64,000 nt of DNA from the NCBI GenBank assembly GCA_021163425.1, contig JAGGWS010000072.1:6582-70581 (forward strand), written 5' to 3'. The stretch's first letter is position 1, and each line of letters starts with the position of its first letter. Below, in pieces: positions 1-9,739 of the stretch. The position numbers were made by a program, and so were the translations under genes. The stretch comes from Candidatus Omnitrophota bacterium. Lineage in GTDB: Bacteria > Omnitrophota > Gorgyraeia > Duberdicusellales > Duberdicusellaceae. Under the pieces are notes generated by a model that did no database searches, was not told where the DNA came from, and worked only from the letters and a program-made list of their open reading frames with translations.

Positions 1-301
1 TCCTTCTCTGAAGGAAGGGTTCGGGTTTTCAGTTATTGAAGCCCAGTATATAGGAGTTCCAGTAATAGTTTCAAGAGCAGGGGGATTAGGAGAAATAGTA
101 GAGGATAAAGCAACTGGATTAGTAATAAATGAGATTAAACCTTCTGATTTATACGAGGCCATTAAATTAATTTTGAAAGATAGGAATTTAAGGGATAAGA
201 TAATTACTAACGCCCGGCAAAAGGTTGAAAGGGAGTTTCTTTTAGATAAGATGACTAAGGGTATTGAAAATGTGTATAGAGAAGTATTAAATGGAGGTTA
301 A
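1..301 (+). CDS. Glycosyltransferase family 1 (GT-B), C-terminal fragment; 5' end lies outside the window
   Basis: Frame 2 is open from base 2 to TAA at 299-301. It translates to ...EGFGFSVIEAQYIGVPVIVSRAGGLGEIVEDKATGL..., which matches the GT1 C-terminal nucleotide-sugar binding motif (EX7E-like). Confidence 0.7.
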   Translation, partial: PSLKEGFGFSVIEAQYIGVPVIVSRAGGLGEIVEDKATGLVINEIKPSDLYEAIKLILKDRNLRDKIITNARQKVEREFLLDKMTKGIENVYREVLNGG

Positions 302-1070
302 AAAGATGGATAAATTTAAGAAGTTTGTTTTATTCCCTTTATTAACCATAACTTTATTTTTCTCGGTTTTCTTTTTATTTCTTCAGATTAACTATTACCC
401 CCCAATTCTTATGTACCATTCTTTAGGAACTCCCCCGGTTGAAACCCCTCAGGTGGAAAAAGAGATATTTAAGCAACAGCTTAGGTATTTAAAAGAGCAT
501 GGTTTTAAGGTTATTTTAGTTGAGGAGTTAGCAGAGTCTATAAAAAAAAGAAAGATTGAGCGTAAGGTAGTGGCTATTACTTTTGATGATGGTTACAAGA
601 ATAATTTAGAGGCTGCAGAGCTTCTTAAAGAATTTGGTTTTCCGGCAACTATTTTTGTAATAGTTAATAAGATAAATGAAGAAGGCTACCTGGGAGAGGA
701 AGACCTAAAATATATTCTTGCCAATACTCCGGTTAATATAGGTTCCCACACTTTAAATCACAAGTATCTCCCTTCACTTTCTCTGTTTGAATTAGAGAAA
801 GAGATATTTTTGTCAAAGAAGATTCTAGAGAATATGTTAGGAAGAGAAATAAATGCTTTTTCCTATCCTTTGGGAGGATTCAACAGAGAAGCCTTAAAAA
901 TAGTAGAGAAGGCAGGATATAAATGTGGATTTACTACTAACCGGGGAAAAGGCAAAAATATTTTTGCCTTAAAAAGAATTAAAATTACTAATAATGATGT
1001 AGGGTTAAATCTTTGGGCTAAACTTTCTGGTTTTTATCATATCTTTAAACGAGCAAGGAGGCCTTACTAA
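291..1070 (+). CDS. Polysaccharide deacetylase (NodB homology domain), N-terminal membrane anchor
   Basis: ITFDDGYKNN...SHTLNHKYL are NodB catalytic motifs. There is a hydrophobic N-terminus (FVLFPLLTITLFFSVFFLFL). The true start may be the Met at 306 (MDKFKK). Confidence 0.75.
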   Translation: MEVKKMDKFKKFVLFPLLTITLFFSVFFLFLQINYYPPILMYHSLGTPPVETPQVEKEIFKQQLRYLKEHGFKVILVEELAESIKKRKIERKVVAITFDDGYKNNLEAAELLKEFGFPATIFVIVNKINEEGYLGEEDLKYILANTPVNIGSHTLNHKYLPSLSLFELEKEIFLSKKILENMLGREINAFSYPLGGFNREALKIVEKAGYKCGFTTNRGKGKNIFALKRIKITNNDVGLNLWAKLSGFYHIFKRARRPY

Positions 1071-1132
1071 GAAGAGGTGGTTTTTAAGAAAAGTCTTAGC
1101 TTCTTATATGAAGGCCAACTCTTGGAGAGGAA

Positions 1133-2131
1133 ATGAAAAGGGTATTAATAGTTATGCCTAACTGGATAGGAGATTGTCTTTTAGCCTCTCCTTCTTTAAG
1201 GGCAGTTAAGGAGAGTGGTAAGGAATTTTTAGCTGTATTAGCTGAAGAAAGAGTTAGAGAAGTTTTTCGTAATAACCATTTTTTAGATGAACTTATAATC
1301 TTTAAAGACAGAAGATTTTTTAGACCCAAAGTTTTAAAAACCCTTATTTTGAGGGTTTCTTTGTTAAAGATTGATACAGCAATTTTGTTTAAACCTTCTT
1401 TTACTAAGTCTCTAATCTGTAAGCTTTCAGGGATAAAAGAGATAATTGGTTATAAGAGTAAAAAGATTAGTTTTATAAATAGAAAAATTCCCCCTCCTTC
1501 AGGAAATATCCACAAGATGGATTACTACTTAAATATCTTGGAGGCCATAGGTATAAAGACTAAGAAAACTCCAGAGTTTTTTGTGAAGGAAGAATATCTG
1601 CAAAAAGCTAAGAAATTCTTAGAAGGGGTCTCTCCAGAGAGAAAAAAAATAGTTATTCACCCTAAGGCTAACTGGCCTTTGAAGATGTGGCCTAAGAAAT
1701 ATTTTGCTGAACTTGCAGACAGGTTAATAGAGGAGTTAAATAGTGAAGTCTTAATAACCGGTTCAGCTGAAGATGAGGATTTAGCCCTTAGTATTTATAG
1801 ATTGATGAGAAATACTCCTCATATTTTAGCCGGTAAGACTAGTTTAGGAGAATTAGCTGGTTTATTAAAATTAGTAGATTTATTTATTTCTGCTGATACA
1901 GGGATAATGCACTTAGCTGCTAGTTTAAAGGTTCCTCTTATAGCTTTATTTGGACCTACTCTTCCTTCAATTAGTGGACCGCGGGGAGAGGGGTTTATTA
2001 AAGTGATTCACAAAGAAAAAGACTGTTTTCTTCCTTGCTATAACCTTAAATGTAAAGATAACCTTTGTATGAAAAAGATAACTCCTCAGCAAGTTTTAGA
2101 GGAAGTAAAGGATTTTTTAATTACAAAGTAA
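1133..2131 (+). CDS. ADP-heptose:LPS heptosyltransferase (GT9), copy 1
   Basis: The N-terminus KRVLIVMPNWIGDCLLASPSLRAVKE is the GT9 signature, and length is ~330 aa. A GGAGAGGAAATG RBS is upstream. Confidence 0.8.
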   Translation: MKRVLIVMPNWIGDCLLASPSLRAVKESGKEFLAVLAEERVREVFRNNHFLDELIIFKDRRFFRPKVLKTLILRVSLLKIDTAILFKPSFTKSLICKLSGIKEIIGYKSKKISFINRKIPPPSGNIHKMDYYLNILEAIGIKTKKTPEFFVKEEYLQKAKKFLEGVSPERKKIVIHPKANWPLKMWPKKYFAELADRLIEELNSEVLITGSAEDEDLALSIYRLMRNTPHILAGKTSLGELAGLLKLVDLFISADTGIMHLAASLKVPLIALFGPTLPSISGPRGEGFIKVIHKEKDCFLPCYNLKCKDNLCMKKITPQQVLEEVKDFLITK

Positions 2132-2140
2132 AGCTTAGAG

Positions 2141-3079
2141 ATGACAATAGGGATTAATTTTCCTACTAATATAGGAGATACAATTCTGGCTTTACCGGTC
2201 TTAGATACTTTAAAAGAAAATTTTTCTCAGGCAAAAATTACAGCTATTGCTTCTCCGAAAACGCAAGATTTATTGTTTAGAAATAGCTTTATAGATGAAG
2301 TTGTGTTATTTGATAAGAAGTGGAGCTGGAGGGAAAAAATAGCTTTTTCTTTCTCATTGAGGAAGAAGTTTGAATTATTTATAGATTTGAAAAATACTTT
2401 TCTCCCTGTTGTTTTAGCCCCTAAAAAGAGCACGCCTTTTTTGAGAATTCCTTCTAAAACTACCCATAAAAAAGATTATTATCTTTATCTTATTAAAAAT
2501 TTAATAAAGAGTAGCAATGGCCTTATAAAGAGTGAAGTTATTTTAGAGTCTCAAGAAAAAGAAAAATGGGTTAAACTTTTTTTAGAAAAAGATTATTTAT
2601 TTATAGCTACTTGTTCAGCCTCTTCTTTAAAACAGTATCCTTCTTCTTATTTAAAAGAAGTAGTTTATCAATTGAAAAGTAAATTTAAAATAGTCTTGTT
2701 AGGGAGAGAAGAAGACAGAGATTGTTATAAAGGTTTATTCAGTGAGGATGTTATTGATTTAGTAGGTAAGACTGAGATTTGGGAAGTTTTTTTTCTTCTA
2801 AAAAATTATGCTAAGGTTTTTTTAGGTGTGGATTCAAGCCTCTTACATATAGCCGGTTACTTAAATATTCCCATAGTAAGTATATTTGGCCCTACTTCTG
2901 AGAAATTATATGGGCCTTATTCTGAGAATTCCTTGATTTTAAAGAGAGAAAATTTAACCTGCCGGCCTTGTGGTAAAGCCCAATGTAGATTTAAGACTAA
3001 AGAGTGTATGAAGGTGGAACCACAAAAAGTTGTAGAAGCAGTATTAAAGATTAGCAATGTCCAGTGCCAATCTTCCTAA
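2141..3079 (+). CDS. ADP-heptose:LPS heptosyltransferase (GT9), copy 2
   Basis: NIGDTILALPVLDTLKENF is the GT9 N-terminal motif. The C-terminal GVDSSLLHIAGYLNIP and GPT motifs are shared with copy 1. Confidence 0.75.
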   Translation: MTIGINFPTNIGDTILALPVLDTLKENFSQAKITAIASPKTQDLLFRNSFIDEVVLFDKKWSWREKIAFSFSLRKKFELFIDLKNTFLPVVLAPKKSTPFLRIPSKTTHKKDYYLYLIKNLIKSSNGLIKSEVILESQEKEKWVKLFLEKDYLFIATCSASSLKQYPSSYLKEVVYQLKSKFKIVLLGREEDRDCYKGLFSEDVIDLVGKTEIWEVFFLLKNYAKVFLGVDSSLLHIAGYLNIPIVSIFGPTSEKLYGPYSENSLILKRENLTCRPCGKAQCRFKTKECMKVEPQKVVEAVLKISNVQCQSS

Positions 3080-4106
3080 ACCAGAGAAAATTTTAATTGT
3101 TCGGACTGATAGAATAGGGGATGTAGTTTTGTCTACGCCGGTTATAAGAAATTTGAGAGAGAATTTTCCTGAAAGTTATATTGCTTTTATGTGCAGGCCA
3201 TATACTAAAGATATCTTAGCAGGCAATCCTTACTTAGATGAAGTGATTGTCTATGATAAGTATGGAAAAGATAAAAGCTGGCTTAATTCTCTAAGATTTT
3301 CTTTCTCTTTAAGAAGAAAAAGATTTGACTGGGCAATAATTCTTCATTCCACAAACCGAGCTCACTTAATAACTTTTTTTGCTAATATCCCAGTAAGAGT
3401 AGGCTGGGATAAGAAGATGGGTTTTCTCCTTACTAAGAGAATTCCTCACCAGAAAGATAAGGGGGAGAAGCACGAGTTAGATTATAATTTAGAGCTTTTA
3501 AAAATTTTGGGTCTTAAGGTTTACTCTCGAGAAGTCTTTATCCCGGTATATAAAGATTCAGAAAAATGGGCAGAAGATTTTTTTAAAAATCACAATCTAG
3601 ATGCTGAAAGAGATAGGATTGTAGGTTTAGGGATTGGAGCGAGTTGTCCTTCTAAGGTATGGCCTCCTTCTTATTTTGCTCATTTAGCTAAACTTTTGAA
3701 GAAAGAGTTGGGGGTAAAGATTTTAGTTATTGCTGAAGAGAGAGAAAAAAACTTAACTGAGGGGTTTAAAGAGAATTTTAAAGAGGAATTTATAGACTTG
3801 ACGGGGAAGTTAAATTTGCCCAGAATATTTTCTTTATTCCGAAGGCTTTCTCTATTTATAGGAAATGATTCGGGATTAATCCATATAGGCTGGGGCTTAG
3901 GCTTAAGAGTTATTTCTATTTTTGGCAGAAATGATGCTGGCCTTTCTCCTCAGAGGTGGAAGCCTTTAGGTAGTAATTCTTATTATTTTCATAAAGATTT
4001 AGGGTGTAAACCCTGCCTAGCCCATAACTGTAAGAAGGGTTTTTTGTGTTTAAAGAGAATTTATCCTGAGGAGGTTTATTCCTTAGCCAAGAAATTGATT
4101 TGCTAA
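3057..4106 (+). CDS. ADP-heptose:LPS heptosyltransferase (GT9), copy 3
   Basis: ILIVRTDRIGDVVLSTPVIRNLRENFP and GNDSGLIHIGWGLGL are GT9 motifs. It overlaps the previous gene by 23 nt. Confidence 0.8.
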   Translation: MSSANLPKPEKILIVRTDRIGDVVLSTPVIRNLRENFPESYIAFMCRPYTKDILAGNPYLDEVIVYDKYGKDKSWLNSLRFSFSLRRKRFDWAIILHSTNRAHLITFFANIPVRVGWDKKMGFLLTKRIPHQKDKGEKHELDYNLELLKILGLKVYSREVFIPVYKDSEKWAEDFFKNHNLDAERDRIVGLGIGASCPSKVWPPSYFAHLAKLLKKELGVKILVIAEEREKNLTEGFKENFKEEFIDLTGKLNLPRIFSLFRRLSLFIGNDSGLIHIGWGLGLRVISIFGRNDAGLSPQRWKPLGSNSYYFHKDLGCKPCLAHNCKKGFLCLKRIYPEEVYSLAKKLIC

Positions 4107-4128
4107 CTCCTTATTTATATGATAAAAT
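4100..4128 (+). promoter_or_regulatory. Candidate sigma70-like promoter TTGCTA-17-TGaTAAAAT upstream of the heptose kinase gene
   Basis: TTGCTA at 4100-4105, a 17-nt spacer, then TAAAAT at 4123-4128 with an upstream TG (extended -10). It sits 70 nt before the 4197 start. The AT-rich background lowers specificity. Confidence 0.3.
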
Positions 4129-4196
4129 CACTTTTCAATGAACTCTAAATTATATCCTCTTATTTATCAGTTAATTATAAGTAGTTAAATTTTTAG

Positions 4197-5216
4197 ATGA
4201 AAAAGTATTTAAATAAAGAAAGACTCCTAAATTTGATAAGTAAGTTTAAAAAGGCTAAACCTTTAGTCATAGGAGATATAATCTTAGACCATTATATCTG
4301 GGGTAAGGCAGAAAGGCTTTCACCTGAAGCTCCAGTTCCGGTAGTCTGGGCTAACCGGGAGAATTATCTTTTAGGAGGAGCAGGAAATGTAGCTTACAAT
4401 CTTTCTTCTTTGGGAGCAAAAGTGAGTCTGGCTGGAGTAATAGGAAAAGATTTTTATGGAAACCAAGTTTTAACTCTTCTTAAAAAAGAGAAAGTAAAGA
4501 GTGAATCTGTATTTGTGAGTAAAGATAGGCCTACTACTTTAAAGAGCCGGGTTATTGCTCAGCATCAGCAGGTAGTAAGAATAGACTGGGAGAGTCCTGA
4601 GGAAATTTCTTTAAATCTTAGCCGAAAGATAATAAACTTTGTAAAAAAGAATATTGATAAATTTTCTTCTATAATCATAGAGGATTATGCTAAAGGTGTG
4701 ATAAATCCTTATCTTTTAGCAGAGTTAGTCTCTTTAGCCAAGAAGAAGAAAAAAGTTATTACTGTTGACCCTAAAGAAGAACATTTTGATTATTATCAAG
4801 AAGTTACTGCTCTTACTCCCAACCTGAAAGAAGCCCAATACGGAGCAAATTTTAAAGTTAAGAAGAAAGAAGACTTAAATCTTTTAGGAAATATCTTGAG
4901 AGAGAGGTGTAAACCTGAAGCTTTATTAATTACCTTAGGAGAGGAAGGGATGAGAATTTTTCTTAAGAAAGGTGAGGTCTTCCATTTTCCTGCTTACGCC
5001 TTAGAAGTTTTTGATGTTTCGGGAGCCGGAGATACAGTTGTTGCTGTGTTTACTCTGGCTTTGTCAGTGGGAGCCTCTTTTTTAGAAGCAGGGTTTTTGG
5101 CTAATCTTTCAGCGGGGATTGTAGTGGGTAAGTTAGGAGTAGCTGGAGTTTCTCCTTCAGAACTTATTCAACGACTCAATAGTTTTCCTAAGGTTGATAT
5201 TCAAAAGATAGCTTAA
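4197..5216 (+). CDS. hldA: D-glycero-beta-D-manno-heptose-7-phosphate kinase (RfaE/HldE domain I only, PfkB family)
   Basis: It has a PfkB ribokinase fold, with GGAGNVA near the N-terminus and DVSGAGDTVVAVF near the C-terminus. At 339 aa there is no adenylyltransferase domain. Confidence 0.75.
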   Translation: MKKYLNKERLLNLISKFKKAKPLVIGDIILDHYIWGKAERLSPEAPVPVVWANRENYLLGGAGNVAYNLSSLGAKVSLAGVIGKDFYGNQVLTLLKKEKVKSESVFVSKDRPTTLKSRVIAQHQQVVRIDWESPEEISLNLSRKIINFVKKNIDKFSSIIIEDYAKGVINPYLLAELVSLAKKKKKVITVDPKEEHFDYYQEVTALTPNLKEAQYGANFKVKKKEDLNLLGNILRERCKPEALLITLGEEGMRIFLKKGEVFHFPAYALEVFDVSGAGDTVVAVFTLALSVGASFLEAGFLANLSAGIVVGKLGVAGVSPSELIQRLNSFPKVDIQKIA

Positions 5217-5228
5217 ATTATAGAATAA

Positions 5229-5966
5229 ATGGAAGTGTTAGGAGTTATTCCGGCAAGACTTTCTTCTCAGAGGTTGCCTGGTAAGCTTTTAAGAAAGGTT
5301 TTAGGAAAGACTATCTTAGAGTGGACCTGGTCTCAGGCTAAAAAGGCTAAAAATTTAGAAGACTTAATAATTGCTGTTGATTGTGAAGAATTAAAAGAGG
5401 AAGCTGAAAATTTTGGAGCAAAAGTTGTATTGACTTCACCTGAGCATTCTTCAGGCACAGAAAGGATTTGTGAGGCAGTATCATCTATAGATACCCGGAT
5501 TGTAGTAAATATCCAGGCTGACGAACCCTTAATTCATCCTTCAGTTATTGATTCTTTAGTAGAAAATATGCTTTCTGGAGAGGGGCTAACTATGACTACT
5601 CCTATAAAAGAGATTGAAGATGAAGAAGAGTTAACTGACCCTAATATAGTGAAAGTGGTAATAGATAGAGATAATTTTGCTTTATATTTTTCCCGGACGA
5701 CCATCCCTTTTTTAAGAAATAAAGATTTTAACCCCACTTATTTTAAACATTTAGGAATCTATGCTTATACTAAAGATTTTCTCTATGTATTTAAAAATTT
5801 GCCTCCTTCTTTATTGGAAAGGGCGGAAAAACTTGAACAATTAAGAGTTTTAGAGGCTGGATTTAAGATTAAGACAGTAATTACCAATTTTGATTCTTAC
5901 GGAGTAGATACTGAAAAAGATTTAGAAAAAGTAGAAAGAGTTTTAATTGAGAAAGGTTATGCCTAA
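5229..5966 (+). CDS. kdsB: 3-deoxy-manno-octulosonate cytidylyltransferase (CMP-KDO synthetase)
   Basis: VIPARLSSQRLPGKLL is the KdsB N-terminal motif; length is 245 aa. Confidence 0.85.
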   Translation: MEVLGVIPARLSSQRLPGKLLRKVLGKTILEWTWSQAKKAKNLEDLIIAVDCEELKEEAENFGAKVVLTSPEHSSGTERICEAVSSIDTRIVVNIQADEPLIHPSVIDSLVENMLSGEGLTMTTPIKEIEDEEELTDPNIVKVVIDRDNFALYFSRTTIPFLRNKDFNPTYFKHLGIYAYTKDFLYVFKNLPPSLLERAEKLEQLRVLEAGFKIKTVITNFDSYGVDTEKDLEKVERVLIEKGYA

Positions 5967-6750
5967 AGAAGAGAAAAAGTTTATTTTAATTGCTGGGCCT
6001 TGTGTAATAGAAGAGGAAAGGTTAACTTTTAAGATTGCCCAGCAACTTAAAGAGATTACAGCTGATTTTCCTTTACATTTTATATTCAAAGCCAGTTTTG
6101 ATAAAGCTAATAGAACAAGACTTAATTCTTTTCGTGGTCCAGGTTTAGAAAAAGGGCTAACTATTCTTAAAAAGATAAAAGATAAGCTAAAGATACCAGT
6201 GTTAAGCGATGTGCATTGTGTCACTCAAATAAAATTAGCAGAGAAAGTTTTAGATGTTATTCAGATACCTGCTTTTCTTTGTCGGCAGACAGACCTTGTC
6301 TTAGAAGCTGCTCGCACTAAGAAAACCATAAATATTAAAAAAGGACAATTTCTTTCTCCCTATGATGTAAAGTATATAATAGAGAAAGTTGAGTCTACTC
6401 ATAATAAAAACATTTTGCTTACTGAAAGGGGGACTTTTTTTGGCTACAATAATTTAGTAGTTGATTTCCGTTCTTTTGGTATTTTGAAGTCTTTTGGGTA
6501 TCCGGTAATATTTGATGTTACTCATTCTTTACAACGTCCTTCAGCTAATCGGGGAGTTTCTGGTGGAGAAAGAAAGTTTGTAGTGCCTTTAGGAAGAGCA
6601 GCAGTGTCTTTTGGGGTTGATGGTATTTTTTGTGAAGTTCATCCTCAACCTCAAAAAGCTTTATCTGATAAATATACTTCTATTAATTTTAAAACATTAG
6701 AAAAACTTCTTAAAGATATTTTTAGAATAAGAAAGGTTATCCGTGAGTAA
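5947..6750 (+). CDS. kdsA: 2-dehydro-3-deoxyphosphooctonate aldolase (KDO-8-P synthase)
   Basis: ILIAGPCVIE...KASFDKANRT are DAHP/KDO8P synthase family motifs; length is 267 aa. It overlaps the kdsB end. Confidence 0.85.
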   Translation: MRKVMPKEEKKFILIAGPCVIEEERLTFKIAQQLKEITADFPLHFIFKASFDKANRTRLNSFRGPGLEKGLTILKKIKDKLKIPVLSDVHCVTQIKLAEKVLDVIQIPAFLCRQTDLVLEAARTKKTINIKKGQFLSPYDVKYIIEKVESTHNKNILLTERGTFFGYNNLVVDFRSFGILKSFGYPVIFDVTHSLQRPSANRGVSGGERKFVVPLGRAAVSFGVDGIFCEVHPQPQKALSDKYTSINFKTLEKLLKDIFRIRKVIRE

Positions 6751-7723
6751 TAAAGACAAGAAGATAATAGACTGGGCAAAAGAGGTTCTTAAAATTGAGG
6801 TTGAAGCTATCTTAGGTATTTTAGAAAGATTAAATAAAGAGTTTATCAAGGCTATAGAAATTCTTAAGTCCTGTAAAGGAAAAGTTGTAGCTACGGGGAT
6901 GGGTAAAGCCGGGATAATTGCTCAAAAGTTTTCTGCTACTCTTTCTTCAACAGGGACTACTTCTATCTGGCTGCATCCTGCTGAAGCAGTTCACGGAGAT
7001 TTAGGAAGGGTGTTGAAGGAAGATATAGTAGTTATTTTTTCTTATAGTGGAGAGACTGAAGAGATAAAGGGGCTTTTGCCTTTTCTCAAAAAAATTGGCT
7101 CAAAGATAATCTCTTTTACCGGCAATAAAAATTCCTGTTTAGCTCAATATTCGGATGTAACCTTAGATGTTAAGGTAGAGAGGGAGGCTTGTCCTTTAGG
7201 GCTTGCTCCCACTACTTCTACCACTGTAATGTTGGCTTTGGCTGATAGTGTAGCTGTGGTTCTTCAAAGGTTAAAAGGATTTAAGGAGAAAGACTTTGCT
7301 TTTTTTCATCCCAAAGGGAGTTTAGGGAGAAAGCTTTTGTTAAGAGTGGAAGACTGTATGCGTAAAGGAAGAGAGAATCCTTTAGTGAGAGAGGATACCC
7401 CTGTTTCTAAAGTTTTAGTAGCCATTACTCAGGCCAGAGCTGGAGCAGCTGTAGTTATAGATAAAAATAAAAAAGTTTTAGGAATTTTTACTGATGGTGA
7501 TTTGAGAAGGCATTTAGAAGAAGACCCTAACCTTCCCAAGAGAAAGATTCACGAAGTAATGACTAAGACTCCGGTAGTAGTCAGTAAGGATATTTTGGCT
7601 ACTGAAGCTATGAGGATTATGGAGGAGAAAAAGATTGATGAAGTTCCAGTGGTAGATAAAAAAGGGAGAGTCGTAGGGTTGTTAGATGTTCAGGATTTAC
7701 TGAGAGCAGGCATAGTTTTATAA
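6743..7723 (+). CDS. kdsD: Arabinose-5-phosphate isomerase (SIS domain + tandem CBS)
   Basis: The SIS motif GMGKAGIIAQKFSATLSSTGT is followed by two CBS domains (VMTKTPVVVSKD.., VPVVDKKGRVVG). Confidence 0.85.
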   Translation: MSNKDKKIIDWAKEVLKIEVEAILGILERLNKEFIKAIEILKSCKGKVVATGMGKAGIIAQKFSATLSSTGTTSIWLHPAEAVHGDLGRVLKEDIVVIFSYSGETEEIKGLLPFLKKIGSKIISFTGNKNSCLAQYSDVTLDVKVEREACPLGLAPTTSTTVMLALADSVAVVLQRLKGFKEKDFAFFHPKGSLGRKLLLRVEDCMRKGRENPLVREDTPVSKVLVAITQARAGAAVVIDKNKKVLGIFTDGDLRRHLEEDPNLPKRKIHEVMTKTPVVVSKDILATEAMRIMEEKKIDEVPVVDKKGRVVGLLDVQDLLRAGIVL

Positions 7724-7731
7724 TTGAAGAA

Positions 7732-8232
7732 ATGATTAGAGAAGATATTGTAAAAAAGGCAAAAAAGATAAGACTTTTAATTTTAGATGTGGATGGGGTT
7801 TTAACTGAAGGCAGTATTATTTATGATAACAAAGGCAGAGAGCTTAGAATTTTTAATGTTAAAGATGGATTAGGGGTGTTTTTGCTTACTCAGAGAGGAT
7901 TTCCAGTGGTTATTTTGACTGCTAAAGATTCTAAGATTGTAAAGAAAAGAGCCAGGGATATGGGCATAAATGATGTTTTTTCAGGGTATCCCAAAGAAGA
8001 AGTTTTAGATAAGATAATTAAAAAATATAAAGTAGGTTTGGAAGAAGTTGCTTTTGTGGGAGATGACCTTATTGATATAGAAGTAGCCAAAAGAGTAGGC
8101 TTCTCAATTGCAGTTAACGATGCAGCCGAAGACCTTAAGAAAACAGTTGATTTTGTAACTGAAAATAAAGGAGGCAAAGGAGCAGTAAGAGAAGTTACTG
8201 AAATTATTCTTCAGGCTAAAGGTTTTAAATAA
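7732..8232 (+). CDS. kdsC: KDO-8-phosphate phosphatase (HAD superfamily)
   Basis: LILDVDGVLTEGSIIYDNKGRELRIFNVKDG and GDDLIDI are KdsC motifs; length is 166 aa. Confidence 0.85.
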   Translation: MIREDIVKKAKKIRLLILDVDGVLTEGSIIYDNKGRELRIFNVKDGLGVFLLTQRGFPVVILTAKDSKIVKKRARDMGINDVFSGYPKEEVLDKIIKKYKVGLEEVAFVGDDLIDIEVAKRVGFSIAVNDAAEDLKKTVDFVTENKGGKGAVREVTEIILQAKGFK

Positions 8233-8285
8233 AATTTAAGAATTGTTTAAGTTTTTAGTAGGTTTGAGAAAAGTAGAAAGGGAGA

Positions 8286-9164
8286 ATGAGTCTTTTAAAA
8301 GAGAAGTTAGAGAAAGGCGAATTTGTGATAACTTCTGAGATTGGCCCTCCCAAAGGAGTAAATATAAAGCCTTACTTAGAAGAGGCAGATAAGTTAAGGG
8401 GAAGAGTTACTGCTATAAATGTTACTGATATTCAGTCAGGAGTAATGAGACTGGGTTCTTTAGCGGTTTGTCATCTTTTAAAAGAAAGAGGGATTGAGCC
8501 AGTTTATCAGTTAGTAACCCGGCACAGAAATAGACTTGCTCTCCAATCGGATCTATTAAGTGCTTATGTTTTGGGAGTTGAGAATGTTTTGTGTTTAACC
8601 GGCGACCACCCTGCTTTAGGAGACCATCCTCAGGCAAAACCTGTTTACGATTTAGATTCAGTCCAATTATTAGAGGCAGCTAAAAGGCTTAATGAGGGAG
8701 AAGATATGGCAGGGAATCCCTTAGAAGGTAAGCCTCAGTTATTTTTGGGCGCAGTAGTTAATCCGGGAATAGAGCCTTTAGAACCTGAGATTATAAGAAT
8801 GAAGAAGAAAATATCCGCAGGTGCGCGGTTTTTTCAGACTCAACCTGTATATGAGGTTGATAAGTTTGCTAAGTTTGTAGAGAAAGTAAAGGATTTAAAA
8901 GTTCCCATATTAGCTGGTATAGTTCTTTTAAAATCTGCTAAGATGGCTAAGTATATGAATGAGAATGTTCCCGGAATAAATGTGCCTCAGGAGTTGATAG
9001 AGGAGATGGCTTCTCTTTCTAAAGAAGACAGACCCAAAAAATCAATAGAGATAGCAGTAAGACTTATTAGAAAGCTTAAGCCTTTGTGTCAGGGTATTCA
9101 TATTATGCCTTTAGGCTGGGGTAGGTATGTTCCTGGTGTTTTAAAAGGAGCAGGCTTGGTCTGA
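8286..9164 (+). CDS. metF: 5,10-methylenetetrahydrofolate reductase
   Basis: The N-terminus ...EKGEFVITSEIGPPKG is the MetF signature. It forms a ~290-aa TIM barrel. Confidence 0.75.
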   Translation: MSLLKEKLEKGEFVITSEIGPPKGVNIKPYLEEADKLRGRVTAINVTDIQSGVMRLGSLAVCHLLKERGIEPVYQLVTRHRNRLALQSDLLSAYVLGVENVLCLTGDHPALGDHPQAKPVYDLDSVQLLEAAKRLNEGEDMAGNPLEGKPQLFLGAVVNPGIEPLEPEIIRMKKKISAGARFFQTQPVYEVDKFAKFVEKVKDLKVPILAGIVLLKSAKMAKYMNENVPGINVPQELIEEMASLSKEDRPKKSIEIAVRLIRKLKPLCQGIHIMPLGWGRYVPGVLKGAGLV

Positions 9165-9322
9165 ATGTATAGTGTTGGTAGTATTTTGAGAATGGGAAGT
9201 AATAGAGAAATATTAAAAACATTTAGGCAAGCTTGCAACTAGTGGTTTACATAAGGCAGTAAATACTGGTAATTTGTTAGGCATCTTATTTAGGTGCCTG
9301 TAAATAATAATAGTTAAGAGTT

Positions 9323-9739
9323 ATGGTAGTTAGAGAAGAGATTTCTTTAAGGACAAAAGGGTTTACTGATATTATTGATATTACTGAAAAAGTTCAGAAG
9401 AGTTTAGAGGAGACAAATTTAAAGGAAGGTATATTAACAGTTTTTGTTCCCGGTTCAACTGGAGGTTTAACTACTTTAGAGTATGAGCCCGGCCTCATCT
9501 CTGATCTTAAGAAGGCTTTAGAAGTTATAGCCCCTCAAAGAGGAGATTATGAGCATAATCGGAGATGGCAGGATGGGAATGGTTTTTCTCACATCCGTTC
9601 AGCTTTAATTGGCCCTTCTTTAACTGTACCCTTTTCTAAAGGAAGACTTACCTTAGGCACCTGGCAGCAGATTGTCTTTATTGATTTTGATAATCGTCCG
9701 CGTTCCAGAACTTTAATTATTCAAATTATTGGAGAATAG
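9323..9739 (+). CDS. yjbQ: YjbQ/UPF0047 family protein (secondary thiamine-phosphate synthase-like)
   Basis: GILTVFVPGSTGGLTTLEYEPG...HNRRWQDGNGFSHIRSALIGPSLTVP matches the YjbQ family. Confidence 0.7.
   Translation: MVVREEISLRTKGFTDIIDITEKVQKSLEETNLKEGILTVFVPGSTGGLTTLEYEPGLISDLKKALEVIAPQRGDYEHNRRWQDGNGFSHIRSALIGPSLTVPFSKGRLTLGTWQQIVFIDFDNRPRSRTLIIQIIGE

Noticed and set aside
9165-9322. 158-bp metF-yjbQ spacer considered as a riboswitch or leader
   Set aside because: It has only a weak 4-bp hairpin (GGCA...TGCC) and a marginal promoter-like match. I could not recognise any known riboswitch core such as SAM, THF or glycine.
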